A DNA stretch of 12,081 nucleotides from Oculatellaceae cyanobacterium bins.114 (GCA_033764315.1 JANRJA010000146.1:1-12081); one strand, 5' to 3'. Shown: positions 1-7,021, numbered from the stretch's first letter. A program made the numbers and translations. Notes: generated by a model not told the origin, from the sequence alone.

Positions 1-1
1 A

Positions 2-901
2 GCGATGATGACCGATGGGCATCGGGTCGAAGTCGTTGCTAATATTGGGGCAGCACCCGAAGCCGAACAAGCCGTCAACGCTGGAGCCGAGGGAGTGGGC
101 TTGCTTCGGACTGAGTTTTTGTTTTTGCAGCGATCGCACCCCCCTTCAGAAGACGAGCAATTCGCGGCATATCAGCAGATGACGCAAGCCCTCAACGGGT
201 TGCCGTTGATCATTCGCACGTTGGATATTGGGGGCGATAAAGCGGTTCCCTATCTAAACTTGCCTGCTGAAGACAATCCCTTTTTGGGAGTGCGTGGCAT
301 TCGCCTCTGTTTGCAACGTCCTGATTTGTTTAAACCTCAGTTACGAGCGATTTATCGTGCAGCTCAAACGGGTTCCGTCAAGATCATGTTTCCGATGATT
401 GCGACCTTAGAGGAACTGCAAGCCGCCAAAAAAATAGCAGAAGACATTCGGCTCGATCTCGATGCTCCCAAAGTTGAGATTGGCATGATGATCGAGGTGC
501 CTTCAGCCGTGATGATGGCAGATGAATTTGCTCAAGAGGTCGATTTCTTCTCCGTCGGCACAAACGACTTGACGCAATATGTGTTGGCGATGGATCGCGG
601 TCATCCTGCTCTGGCAAAACAAGCGGATGGATTGCATCCGGCGGTATTGAGAATGATCAACCAAACTGTCAAGGCAGCCAGTGCTTCTGGTAAGTGGGTA
701 GGGGTTTGCGGCGGCATGGCAGGCGACCCCAAAGGGGCAGCAATTTTGGCGGGGTTGGGCGTGAGCGAACTCAGTATCAGCATCCCCAGTGTGGCAGCAG
801 TCAAGGCGAAATTGCGCAGCCTCTCTTTGGCTCAAACCCAAGACCTGGCAACACGAGCGTTGAAATGTCGCAATGCTCAAGAAGTGCGTGCCCTATTGTG
901 A
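2..901 (+). CDS. ptsP: PTS Enzyme I (PEP-protein phosphotransferase), C-terminal PEP-binding domain; 5'-truncated by the window, possibly the end of an EIIA-HPr-EI multiphosphoryl transfer fusion
   Basis: Frame is open from base 2. EI motifs seen: GVGLLRTEF, RTLDIGGDK, EDNPFLGVRGIRL, IMFPMI, MIEVPSA, DFFSVGTNDLTQY and WVGVCGG (active-site Cys). The N-terminal His domain is not in the window. The fusion is inferred only from the EI-fruK-fruA gene order. Confidence 0.95.
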   Translation, partial: AMMTDGHRVEVVANIGAAPEAEQAVNAGAEGVGLLRTEFLFLQRSHPPSEDEQFAAYQQMTQALNGLPLIIRTLDIGGDKAVPYLNLPAEDNPFLGVRGIRLCLQRPDLFKPQLRAIYRAAQTGSVKIMFPMIATLEELQAAKKIAEDIRLDLDAPKVEIGMMIEVPSAVMMADEFAQEVDFFSVGTNDLTQYVLAMDRGHPALAKQADGLHPAVLRMINQTVKAASASGKWVGVCGGMAGDPKGAAILAGLGVSELSISIPSVAAVKAKLRSLSLAQTQDLATRALKCRNAQEVRALL

Positions 902-905
902 GTGC

Positions 906-953
906 GCTGAATTGTGGCTGTGCTGAATTGTGGCTGTGCTGAATTGTAGTTGC
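906..953. repeat. Tandem 16-bp direct repeat, 3 copies
   Basis: GCTGAATTGTGGCTGT at 906-921 and 922-937 (identical), and GCTGAATTGTAGTTGC at 938-953 (degenerate), starting just after the EI stop codon. Confidence 0.9.
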
Positions 954-999
954 ACTGCACTGTGATTGCTTTTGAAACCTTTAATATCTCCATGTCATC

Positions 1000-1938
1000 A
1001 TGCCTCCCAATATTGCTACGATTACCCTCAATCCAGCGGTCGATCACACCGCTTCCATTCCCCATTTCAAAGCGGGAGAAGTGAATCGGGTAGAGTGGGA
1101 ACAAATTGACCCCGGTGGCAAAGGAGTCAATGTTGCCTCATTTCTCACCGATTTTGGTTTCTCTGTCTCTGTCTCTGGCTTTCTAGGCAAAGACAACGCC
1201 GATCTGTTTCAGCAATTTTTTGAGCAAAAACAGATTCAGAACCGATTTGTGGCGATCGCCGGTAAAACGCGAGTCAACATCAAAATCATTGATGCGGCTC
1301 AAAATCAAGTGACGGATATCAACTTTCCAGGGCAGACTCCCACAGCAGCCGATGTGGTGAATCTGTATGGGGCGATCGCTGATTTGACTCCTACCTGTGA
1401 CTGGTTTGTGTTGTCGGGCAGCGTTCCATCGGGTTTGTCACCAGATATTTACGGCAAATTAGTGGCTCACCTAAAAGCCCAAGACAAAATTGTGGTGCTG
1501 GATGCCAGTGGTGAGAGCTTGCGCCAAGCCATTTCCTTTACGCCTTACGCGATCAAACCCAACATTGATGAGTTGCAAGAACTCGTTGGGCACTCCCTTG
1601 TCGGAGAAAAGGTAATTGCTCAAGCCGCCCAAACCTTGGTGAATCAAGGCATTCACTCAGTTATTGTGTCGATGGGATCTAAAGGAGCCATTTTTGCAGA
1701 GGCAGATCAGACGCTGCTGGCTCGTCCTCCTCACATTGAGGTGTTGAGCACTGTTGGTGCGGGGGATGCGATGGTGTCAGGACTGATTACCGGAAAACTG
1801 AGAGGCTTATCGCTTGCTGATTGTGCCCGACTGTCAACCGCCTTTTCCATCGGCGCACTCACTCAAGTCGGCCCCCGCCTTCCCCCTGTCAAAGTCATCG
1901 AATCCTTCATGGACACCGTCGAGATTCAACCCTTGTAA
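1000..1938 (+). CDS. fruK: 1-phosphofructokinase (PfkB/ribokinase family)
   Basis: 312 aa with TITLNPAVD, PGGKGVNVA (PfkB signature 1), GFLG, TRVNIK, LSGSVP, LDASG, IKPNIDEL, VSMGSKGA and STVGAGDAMVSG (signature 2). It sits between EI and a fructose-family EII. Confidence 0.93.
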   Translation: MPPNIATITLNPAVDHTASIPHFKAGEVNRVEWEQIDPGGKGVNVASFLTDFGFSVSVSGFLGKDNADLFQQFFEQKQIQNRFVAIAGKTRVNIKIIDAAQNQVTDINFPGQTPTAADVVNLYGAIADLTPTCDWFVLSGSVPSGLSPDIYGKLVAHLKAQDKIVVLDASGESLRQAISFTPYAIKPNIDELQELVGHSLVGEKVIAQAAQTLVNQGIHSVIVSMGSKGAIFAEADQTLLARPPHIEVLSTVGAGDAMVSGLITGKLRGLSLADCARLSTAFSIGALTQVGPRLPPVKVIESFMDTVEIQPL

Positions 1939-1971
1939 AGGGAAGAATAAAAAACGAAAAATGAAGAGAGC

Positions 1972-2162
1972 AAGAGGTTGGTAGTCAACGGTTGTCACCA
2001 GAAACACCCGCACTGGGAATCGATGCGAAGCGCGCCTGACTACCGTTCCTACACACCTTGCGGAGGGAGTCTGAGGGACGCGCTTCGTCTCTCAGCAAGG
2101 GGGATTGGGGGAAGATTCCCCCAAGGCTTGGTTCTCACCCTTAAAGAAATAACCAACCTCTT
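1972..2162. mobile_element. MITE-like non-autonomous element, about 190 bp
   Basis: Perfect 11-bp terminal inverted repeats AAGAGGTTGGT (1972-1982) / ACCAACCTCTT (2152-2162). Internal hairpins CTGAGGGACG-cgctt-CGTCTCTCAG (2071-2095) and TTGGGGGAA-ga-TTCCCCCAA (2105-2124). GC-richer than its flanks, with no credible ORF. Mobility is inferred. Confidence 0.65.
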
Positions 2163-2220
2163 TCACCATAAACACTGCTCGTACCATTTCTAGAAATTTG
2201 AGACACGCATCACTATCTCC

Positions 2221-2248
2221 GCAAGGGCGTTTCGCCAAACGTCCCTAC
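2221..2248. repeat. REP-like imperfect palindrome (GTAG-type on the - strand)
   Basis: GCAAGGGCGTTT-CGCC-AAACGTCCCTAC. The arms are complementary at 9 of 12 positions and the element ends in CTAC (GTAG on the other strand). Confidence 0.55.
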
Positions 2249-2336
2249 CGCTGATCTGTAACTGTGATTGGTTGAATTGGCATAAAACCATTACGACTGA
2301 AAGCCCCAACATTCCATCAACAAACCATAACCCTTT

Positions 2337-4151
2337 ATGAAACCCATTCAAAAAATTGTCGCAGTCACCGCCTGCCCCACCGGAATTGCCCACACCTTTA
2401 TGGCCGCCGAAGCCTTGAGAAAAACTTCAGAAGTCATGGGTTACGACATCACCGTCGAAACGCAGGGTGCTGAGGGAGTCAAAACGCCCCTCTCTAATCA
2501 AGATATTGCTGAAGCCGATCTCGCCATTATCGCAGCAGATATTCACGTTGACCCTGCTCGTTTTGCGGGTAAACCCGTGTATGCCACCTCCACGAGCAAC
2601 GCCATCCGCAATACCAGAGCCGTGATTGAAGGGGCGATCGCCGAAGCACAGCAAGCCGACGTGGAACCCGTTACACCAACTCCTTCTGTCCCTGTGACTG
2701 CATCTGCCACTCCTGCCACGACCTCATCCAATGCTCCCAAACATCTCGTGGGTATTACCTCCTGCCCCACTGGCATTGCTCACACCTTTATGGCAGCTGA
2801 AGCCCTGCGCAAAGCAGCCGTTGAACTCGGTCATGAAATTAAAGTTGAGACTCAAGGATCAGTCGGAGCCAAAAACCAATTGACCCCAGAGGATATTGCT
2901 GAAGCTGATGCTGTCGTCATTGCCGCCGACACCCATGTTGATCTATCGCGGTTTGCGGGTAAGCGACTCTATGAAACCTCCACAAAACAGGCACTCAAAG
3001 CAGGCAAGACCATCATTAATGAAGCCCTAGCCCTACCAGAGCCAACGGCACAAGCAGCAACCGCAAACGGTCAGGGTGACTATTTACAGTCCGTGCAGCG
3101 AGCCAAAGCCGAACAAAGTGCCAAGCGATCCGGTCCCTATCGGCACTTGTTAACAGGCGTATCTTATATGTTGCCTGTGATTGTGGCAGGGGGTTTAATC
3201 ATTGCCCTCTCGTTTGTATTTGGGCTAAATCCAGAACCGGGTACTATTGGTGCAGCCTTACTGCAAATTGGCGGAGAATCTGCTTTTGCGCTAATTGTGC
3301 CAGTGCTCTCAGGATTTATTGCCTTCTCCATCGCCGATCGCCCTGGTTTAGCTCCTGGTCTAATCGGTGGCATGTTAGCGGCTAACTTGGGTATGGGGTT
3401 TTTAGGGGGCATTTTATCGGGTTTTTTAGCAGGATATATTGCCTTGCTGGTGCGCGACAAAGTAACGTTACCCGCCAACTTAGAAGGACTCAAACCCGTT
3501 TTAGTTATTCCGTTGTTATCTACACTAGCCGTAGGATTGTTGCTAGTGTTTGTCTTTGGTGCCCCCGTAAAAGCGATTTTGGATGGATTAACTGCATTTC
3601 TGCAAAGCATGGGTCAGACTAATGCCGTCATTCTCGGCTTGATTTTGGGTGGCATGATGGCCGTCGATATGGGTGGCCCGGTCAACAAAGCGGCGTACAC
3701 CTTCTCAGTCGGCTTATTGGCGAGTAATGTGTTTGCCCCGATGGCAGCAGTTATGGCAGCAGGCATGACCCCTCCCTTGGGATTGGCATTAGCCACCTTA
3801 ATTGCAAAACGGCAATTTACCACAGAAGAAAGGGAAGCCGGACGAGTCGCCACGGTTCTCGGTATTGCCTTTATTACCGAAGGAGCCATTCCCTTTGCAG
3901 CGAAAGACCCAATTCGGGTATTGCCTGCCTGCATTCTAGGTTCAGCGGTTGCCGGAGCACTCTCGATGCTATTTGGCTGTACGTTGCGTGCGCCTCACGG
4001 GGGCATTTTTGTACTGGCAATTCCCAATGCGGTCAGTCACGGTGGGTTATATGTTGTGGCGATCGCCGCTGGCACTTTGATAACAGCTGTGGCGATTACC
4101 CAACTCAAACGTTGGAAATCAACTCCAACAACAGCCGTTGCAGAAGGGTAA
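2337..4151 (+). CDS. fruA: PTS fructose-family permease, EIIB-EIIB-EIIC
   Basis: 604 aa. Two IIB(Fru) domains, each with CPTGIAHTFMAAEAL and VETQG, joined by a Pro/Thr/Ala linker. The hydrophobic IIC domain has HLLTGVSYMLP, IAFSIADRPGLAPG, DMGGPVNKAAY, FITEGAIPFAAKDP and APHGGIF. Confidence 0.96.
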   Translation: MKPIQKIVAVTACPTGIAHTFMAAEALRKTSEVMGYDITVETQGAEGVKTPLSNQDIAEADLAIIAADIHVDPARFAGKPVYATSTSNAIRNTRAVIEGAIAEAQQADVEPVTPTPSVPVTASATPATTSSNAPKHLVGITSCPTGIAHTFMAAEALRKAAVELGHEIKVETQGSVGAKNQLTPEDIAEADAVVIAADTHVDLSRFAGKRLYETSTKQALKAGKTIINEALALPEPTAQAATANGQGDYLQSVQRAKAEQSAKRSGPYRHLLTGVSYMLPVIVAGGLIIALSFVFGLNPEPGTIGAALLQIGGESAFALIVPVLSGFIAFSIADRPGLAPGLIGGMLAANLGMGFLGGILSGFLAGYIALLVRDKVTLPANLEGLKPVLVIPLLSTLAVGLLLVFVFGAPVKAILDGLTAFLQSMGQTNAVILGLILGGMMAVDMGGPVNKAAYTFSVGLLASNVFAPMAAVMAAGMTPPLGLALATLIAKRQFTTEEREAGRVATVLGIAFITEGAIPFAAKDPIRVLPACILGSAVAGALSMLFGCTLRAPHGGIFVLAIPNAVSHGGLYVVAIAAGTLITAVAITQLKRWKSTPTTAVAEG

Positions 4152-4239
4152 AAGAACCATGTAACCAGGAGCTGATGTGGGTTAAAAAATTGATTTGGTA
4201 AAAGAAGTGCGAGTGAGATGCCCGTACGACGATTCAAAT

Positions 4240-4283
4240 TGTCATAAGTACGCCATAACTCTGTCATCTTTTATTCCTAAAAT
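4240..4283 (+). promoter_or_regulatory. Candidate OmpR/PhoB-family-regulated promoter: three direct repeats at 11-bp pitch plus a -10 box
   Basis: TGTCAT (4240-4245), CGCCAT (4251-4256) and TGTCAT (4262-4267), then 10 bp later TAAAAT (4278-4283). Confidence 0.45.
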
Positions 4284-4403
4284 AAACAGAGTCTTAATTT
4301 TAACTAGACGGTGGTGATGAGAAACGTTTAAGCCTAACTCCAATCTCAGAGGAGCAGGTGTTTTCTTTGAAACCACAGCCACTGTCTTGCAGGAAATATA
4401 AAG

Positions 4404-4559
4404 ATGATGCCTTTTATCCTTTCGATCGCTGCTAGTCTGTTGATGATCGGGTCGCTGGTCGTTATTGTGATCAAAATCATCTATGTTCTATTCCCTGACC
4501 CAAGCAACGACAGACAGCGTTCTAAGTCGAGAGCCTTTAAGCATCTTGAGAAGTTTTAG
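4404..4559 (+). CDS. Small single-pass membrane protein, 51 aa, not in the ORF track
   Basis: Hand translation: MMPFILSIAASLLMIGSLVVIVIKIIYVLFPDPSNDRQRSKSRAFKHLEKF*. Hydrophobic N-terminal stretch followed by a basic tail. AGGA at 4391-4394 is 9 nt before the ATG. Confidence 0.55.
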   Translation: MMPFILSIAASLLMIGSLVVIVIKIIYVLFPDPSNDRQRSKSRAFKHLEKF

Positions 4560-4581
4560 GGATCAGGCATGACATCAGCTA

Positions 4582-4788
4582 TTAACGCCGATGTTCCTTA
4601 CCCATATACCAGGTGTTGCAATTCTCTAAATCTTCTAGCTTTTGGGTTGCCTGCTCAATAGCCGCGTTGACCTGAGCTAAAAAATCTTGCCAAACCCAGA
4701 CAGGACTAAAACAGAAATAATCCGTAGACCTACAGAGTGATGGTTCATCGTAAATCCTCCAAATTTGAGAATGGATAAACACTATCAT
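4582..4788 (-). CDS. Hypothetical small protein (about 68 aa if it starts at MIVFIHSQ)
   Basis: 3' part of track ORF 4582..4929. The longer start overlaps the CAP gene. The C-terminus looks like an amphipathic helix (DFLAQVNAAIEQATQKLEDL). No family recognised. Confidence 0.3.
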   Translation of the reverse strand: MIVFIHSQIWRIYDEPSLCRSTDYFCFSPVWVWQDFLAQVNAAIEQATQKLEDLENCNTWYMGKEHRR

Positions 4789-4874
4789 CCAGTTGTGATG
4801 AAGTGATGTTGAAGGTGTGTCAATGAGATGGTGTCTGCGAAATATAGCAATTGTCTTGACAGTTGCTATAGGTT

Positions 4875-5498
4875 TTATAGCGATCGCATCAATAGCTGAG
4901 TGAAGTAATAGGTATTGCCTTTGCGCCACACCCCAATCCCCATTTCTCGATACTCAGACCGCAAAATATTACGGCGATGTCCTGGGCTATTCATCCACCC
5001 TGTGACCGCTGCAGAAGCAGGCTCAGAGAGATTGGTACCTTTAAATAAATTCTCCCCTAAAGCAAAATAAAAGATTCCAACCGAGCGGACTCGATCTACC
5101 ATCGTGTCTCCTTCAGGAGCCGTATGGCTAAAGAAGTTTTGCTCCGCCATGCGTTGACTATAGCGTCTCGCGACTTGAGCTAATTTAGGATTATTTTTTA
5201 AGGGACTCAATCCACGTTGTTGTCGAATGACATTAATTTGCTGCCAAACTTCTGCCTCCAGTTGAGCTTCGGTGGCCGATTGGGTTGCATCGGCGATCGC
5301 TGACGGTGGCGGCGCGGGTAAAGGAAAAGTTGGCAAAATTGGGGGAATATCACGAATCAAATCACAACCCGACAATAGCAGAAGAGTGATTACCCCCCAG
5401 AGAGAGCGACTTCGCATCACGCCTGAGCATCCTCGTTGTAATTGGTCTTGCCAGCAGAGCGGCTTTTTCTCATTTGGTTTCATCTCACTTGAGATCAT
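4875..5498 (-). CDS. CAP/SCP (YkwD-like) domain protein, probable lipoprotein
   Basis: Motifs INVIRQQRGLSPL, LAQVARRYSQRMAEQNFFSHT, GENL and WMNSPGHRRNIL...GIGV...YFTQ. Signal peptide with lipobox MRSRSLWGVITLLLLSG-C. The real start may be the ATG at 5417, although the ATG at 5498 overlaps the upstream stop (ATGA). Confidence 0.9.
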   Translation of the reverse strand: MISSEMKPNEKKPLCWQDQLQRGCSGVMRSRSLWGVITLLLLSGCDLIRDIPPILPTFPLPAPPPSAIADATQSATEAQLEAEVWQQINVIRQQRGLSPLKNNPKLAQVARRYSQRMAEQNFFSHTAPEGDTMVDRVRSVGIFYFALGENLFKGTNLSEPASAAVTGWMNSPGHRRNILRSEYREMGIGVWRKGNTYYFTQLLMRSL

Positions 5499-6067
5499 CT
5501 CAGCTTAAACGCGGCCTCTGCTTGATGGCGTGCAATCCACGACCACGCCCATTGAAACGGCACCTCTGCCCGACGTGCGGCTTCCTGATCTTCAGGGCGA
5601 TCGCCAATATAGAGACAATCTTCAGGCAAATGGTTATGCCGCACCATCGCCAGCTTTAACAACCCAGGATGGGGCTTACAATATTGTCTAAACCAACGGG
5701 TTTGACTGTGATTATCAATCCTGTGACGAGTTACCCGCAAACAGCGTCTGCCGTCAAAATCAGGGCAAACGTAAATCTCTTGCAGTTCAGGAACCAACTG
5801 AAGGGTATATTGCTGTTCTTCAATGCACTCTTGCAGCGATTTATATCCTGCGGCAACGCCAGCGTCATTCGTGATGCCGACCACAATCCAATTCTCTTTG
5901 TAAGCTCTAAGGGCTGTGTCCACTCCTGTGATAATGCACTGATCTTGAGGATGTTGGGAGTAAAGTTTCTCGCTGAGTGGCATGCGGAGCGTACCGTCCA
6001 TATCTATCATTAATAAGCTCATTGGTTGATTAGCTGATATTGACGATCCACTCTTTAATTTTGACAT
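5495..6067 (-). CDS. HAD-superfamily subfamily IIIA phosphatase (GmhB/HisB-N/polynucleotide 3'-phosphatase-like)
   Basis: Motif I DMDGTL, motif II GITNDAG, motif III CKPHPGLL and motif IV YIGDRPED. Alternative start at 6022 (MSLLMIDMDG). The substrate cannot be assigned. Confidence 0.85.
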   Translation of the reverse strand: MSKLKSGSSISANQPMSLLMIDMDGTLRMPLSEKLYSQHPQDQCIITGVDTALRAYKENWIVVGITNDAGVAAGYKSLQECIEEQQYTLQLVPELQEIYVCPDFDGRRCLRVTRHRIDNHSQTRWFRQYCKPHPGLLKLAMVRHNHLPEDCLYIGDRPEDQEAARRAEVPFQWAWSWIARHQAEAAFKLR

Positions 6068-6196
6068 ATAGCTTAGAGGCAGCTATCAACCTTGAGTTTA
6101 TGAGTCGCTCTACATCACGATATATTTTGATGTTAAACACTTCACAGCGACAGTTCATTTAACTGCTCACACAGCACTACTCTTTTATCCCCAACA

Positions 6197-6829
6197 TTAT
6201 CCAGAAGAACGCTGACACGCCTGCTCTTGCAGCCAACGCTCCAATAATTCGTTGAGTAAAGACTGTTTAACAAAGTCATCAAATTGAATGGGAATAATGG
6301 CTTCTAATCGAGTAATCACAATCCATTCGTCGATCGCCAGGGGCTCCCATAGTTGCCCCGGACGCGCTCCATAAAAAAGATGAGCCAGATCAGGGTGAAG
6401 CTTGCCCAACTCAATTGGCCCGACCTTGCCATCAGCAGATGCATCAAATTTTTGTGAGTAAGTGAGGGCTACTTCAGCCAGCGATTGTTCTCCTTCAGCA
6501 ATCCGAAAGTAAAGTTCTTGAGCAATGTTTTTATCTGTTAAATAAATAAGAGAGAAGACCACCCGATCGAGTTGATGTTTGCGATCGAGAAAATAAGAAC
6601 TGACCTTTTTACCCCATTGCCGCTGTTGAAACTTGCGGATGGCAAGCTCTCGCTTAACCCATGCCTCAAACGTCTCTGACTGAACTTCTTGTTGTTGGAG
6701 CCAAATCTGATATTTTTTCTCGTGTTGAAATTGCTGGAGAAATCGTTCCCATTCTTCCTGGGTGTAATCAATGGTTGCAATTACTGAATCAAGAATCAAT
6801 TCATACGATGAGGGCAACATAACGCTCAC
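6197..6829 (-). CDS. Cyanobacterial PpiC/parvulin-type peptidyl-prolyl isomerase, divergent and possibly 5'-eroded
   Basis: Family-typical segments KFQQRQWGKKVSSYFLDRKHQLDRVVFSLI, AQELYFRIAEGEQS, GPIELGKLHP, PGQLWEP and WIVITRLE. The GTG start is directly preceded by an in-frame TGA. Confidence 0.8.
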   Translation of the reverse strand: MSVMLPSSYELILDSVIATIDYTQEEWERFLQQFQHEKKYQIWLQQQEVQSETFEAWVKRELAIRKFQQRQWGKKVSSYFLDRKHQLDRVVFSLIYLTDKNIAQELYFRIAEGEQSLAEVALTYSQKFDASADGKVGPIELGKLHPDLAHLFYGARPGQLWEPLAIDEWIVITRLEAIIPIQFDDFVKQSLLNELLERWLQEQACQRSSG

Positions 6830-7021
6830 TCATTGACGCCACATGATTAATCAGCCGTTATTCATTAGCCGTTGAGGATCGGTTGCCGATATACCGTGAT
6901 GCTTAGCAGAGATTTTAGAGAGGCATTTCAGGCAGGTGCGATCGCAGAATTAGATTATCCTAGCACTCGCTATACGAAATGCCCTCATCCTTAGAGCGAG
7001 CCCTTTCGCTTCCTGCAAATC

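Noticed and set aside
906..953. Possible mini CRISPR array
   Set aside because: The units are 16 bp and directly adjacent, with no spacers and no cas genes.
384..1104. Track ORFs 384..617, 503..880, 601..804, 694..942 and 877..1104
   Set aside because: Antisense or alternate-frame shadows of the EI and fruK genes with no recognisable motifs.
1981..2060. Faint resemblance (GTCAAC...CTACCGTT...ACACC) to HEARO/IscB omega-RNA 5' motifs
   Set aside because: The match is short and loose, no IscB/HNH ORF follows, and terminal inverted repeats explain the region better.
1978..2393. ORFs 1978..2193 (+) and 2190..2393 (-)
   Set aside because: They run through the MITE-like and REP-like repeats or antisense to the fruA start, and have no protein-like features.
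2427..4267. Antisense ORFs inside fruA (2427..2654, 2543..2776, 3164..3610, 3614..3934, 4037..4267)
   Set aside because: Reverse-strand shadows of a strongly supported membrane protein gene.
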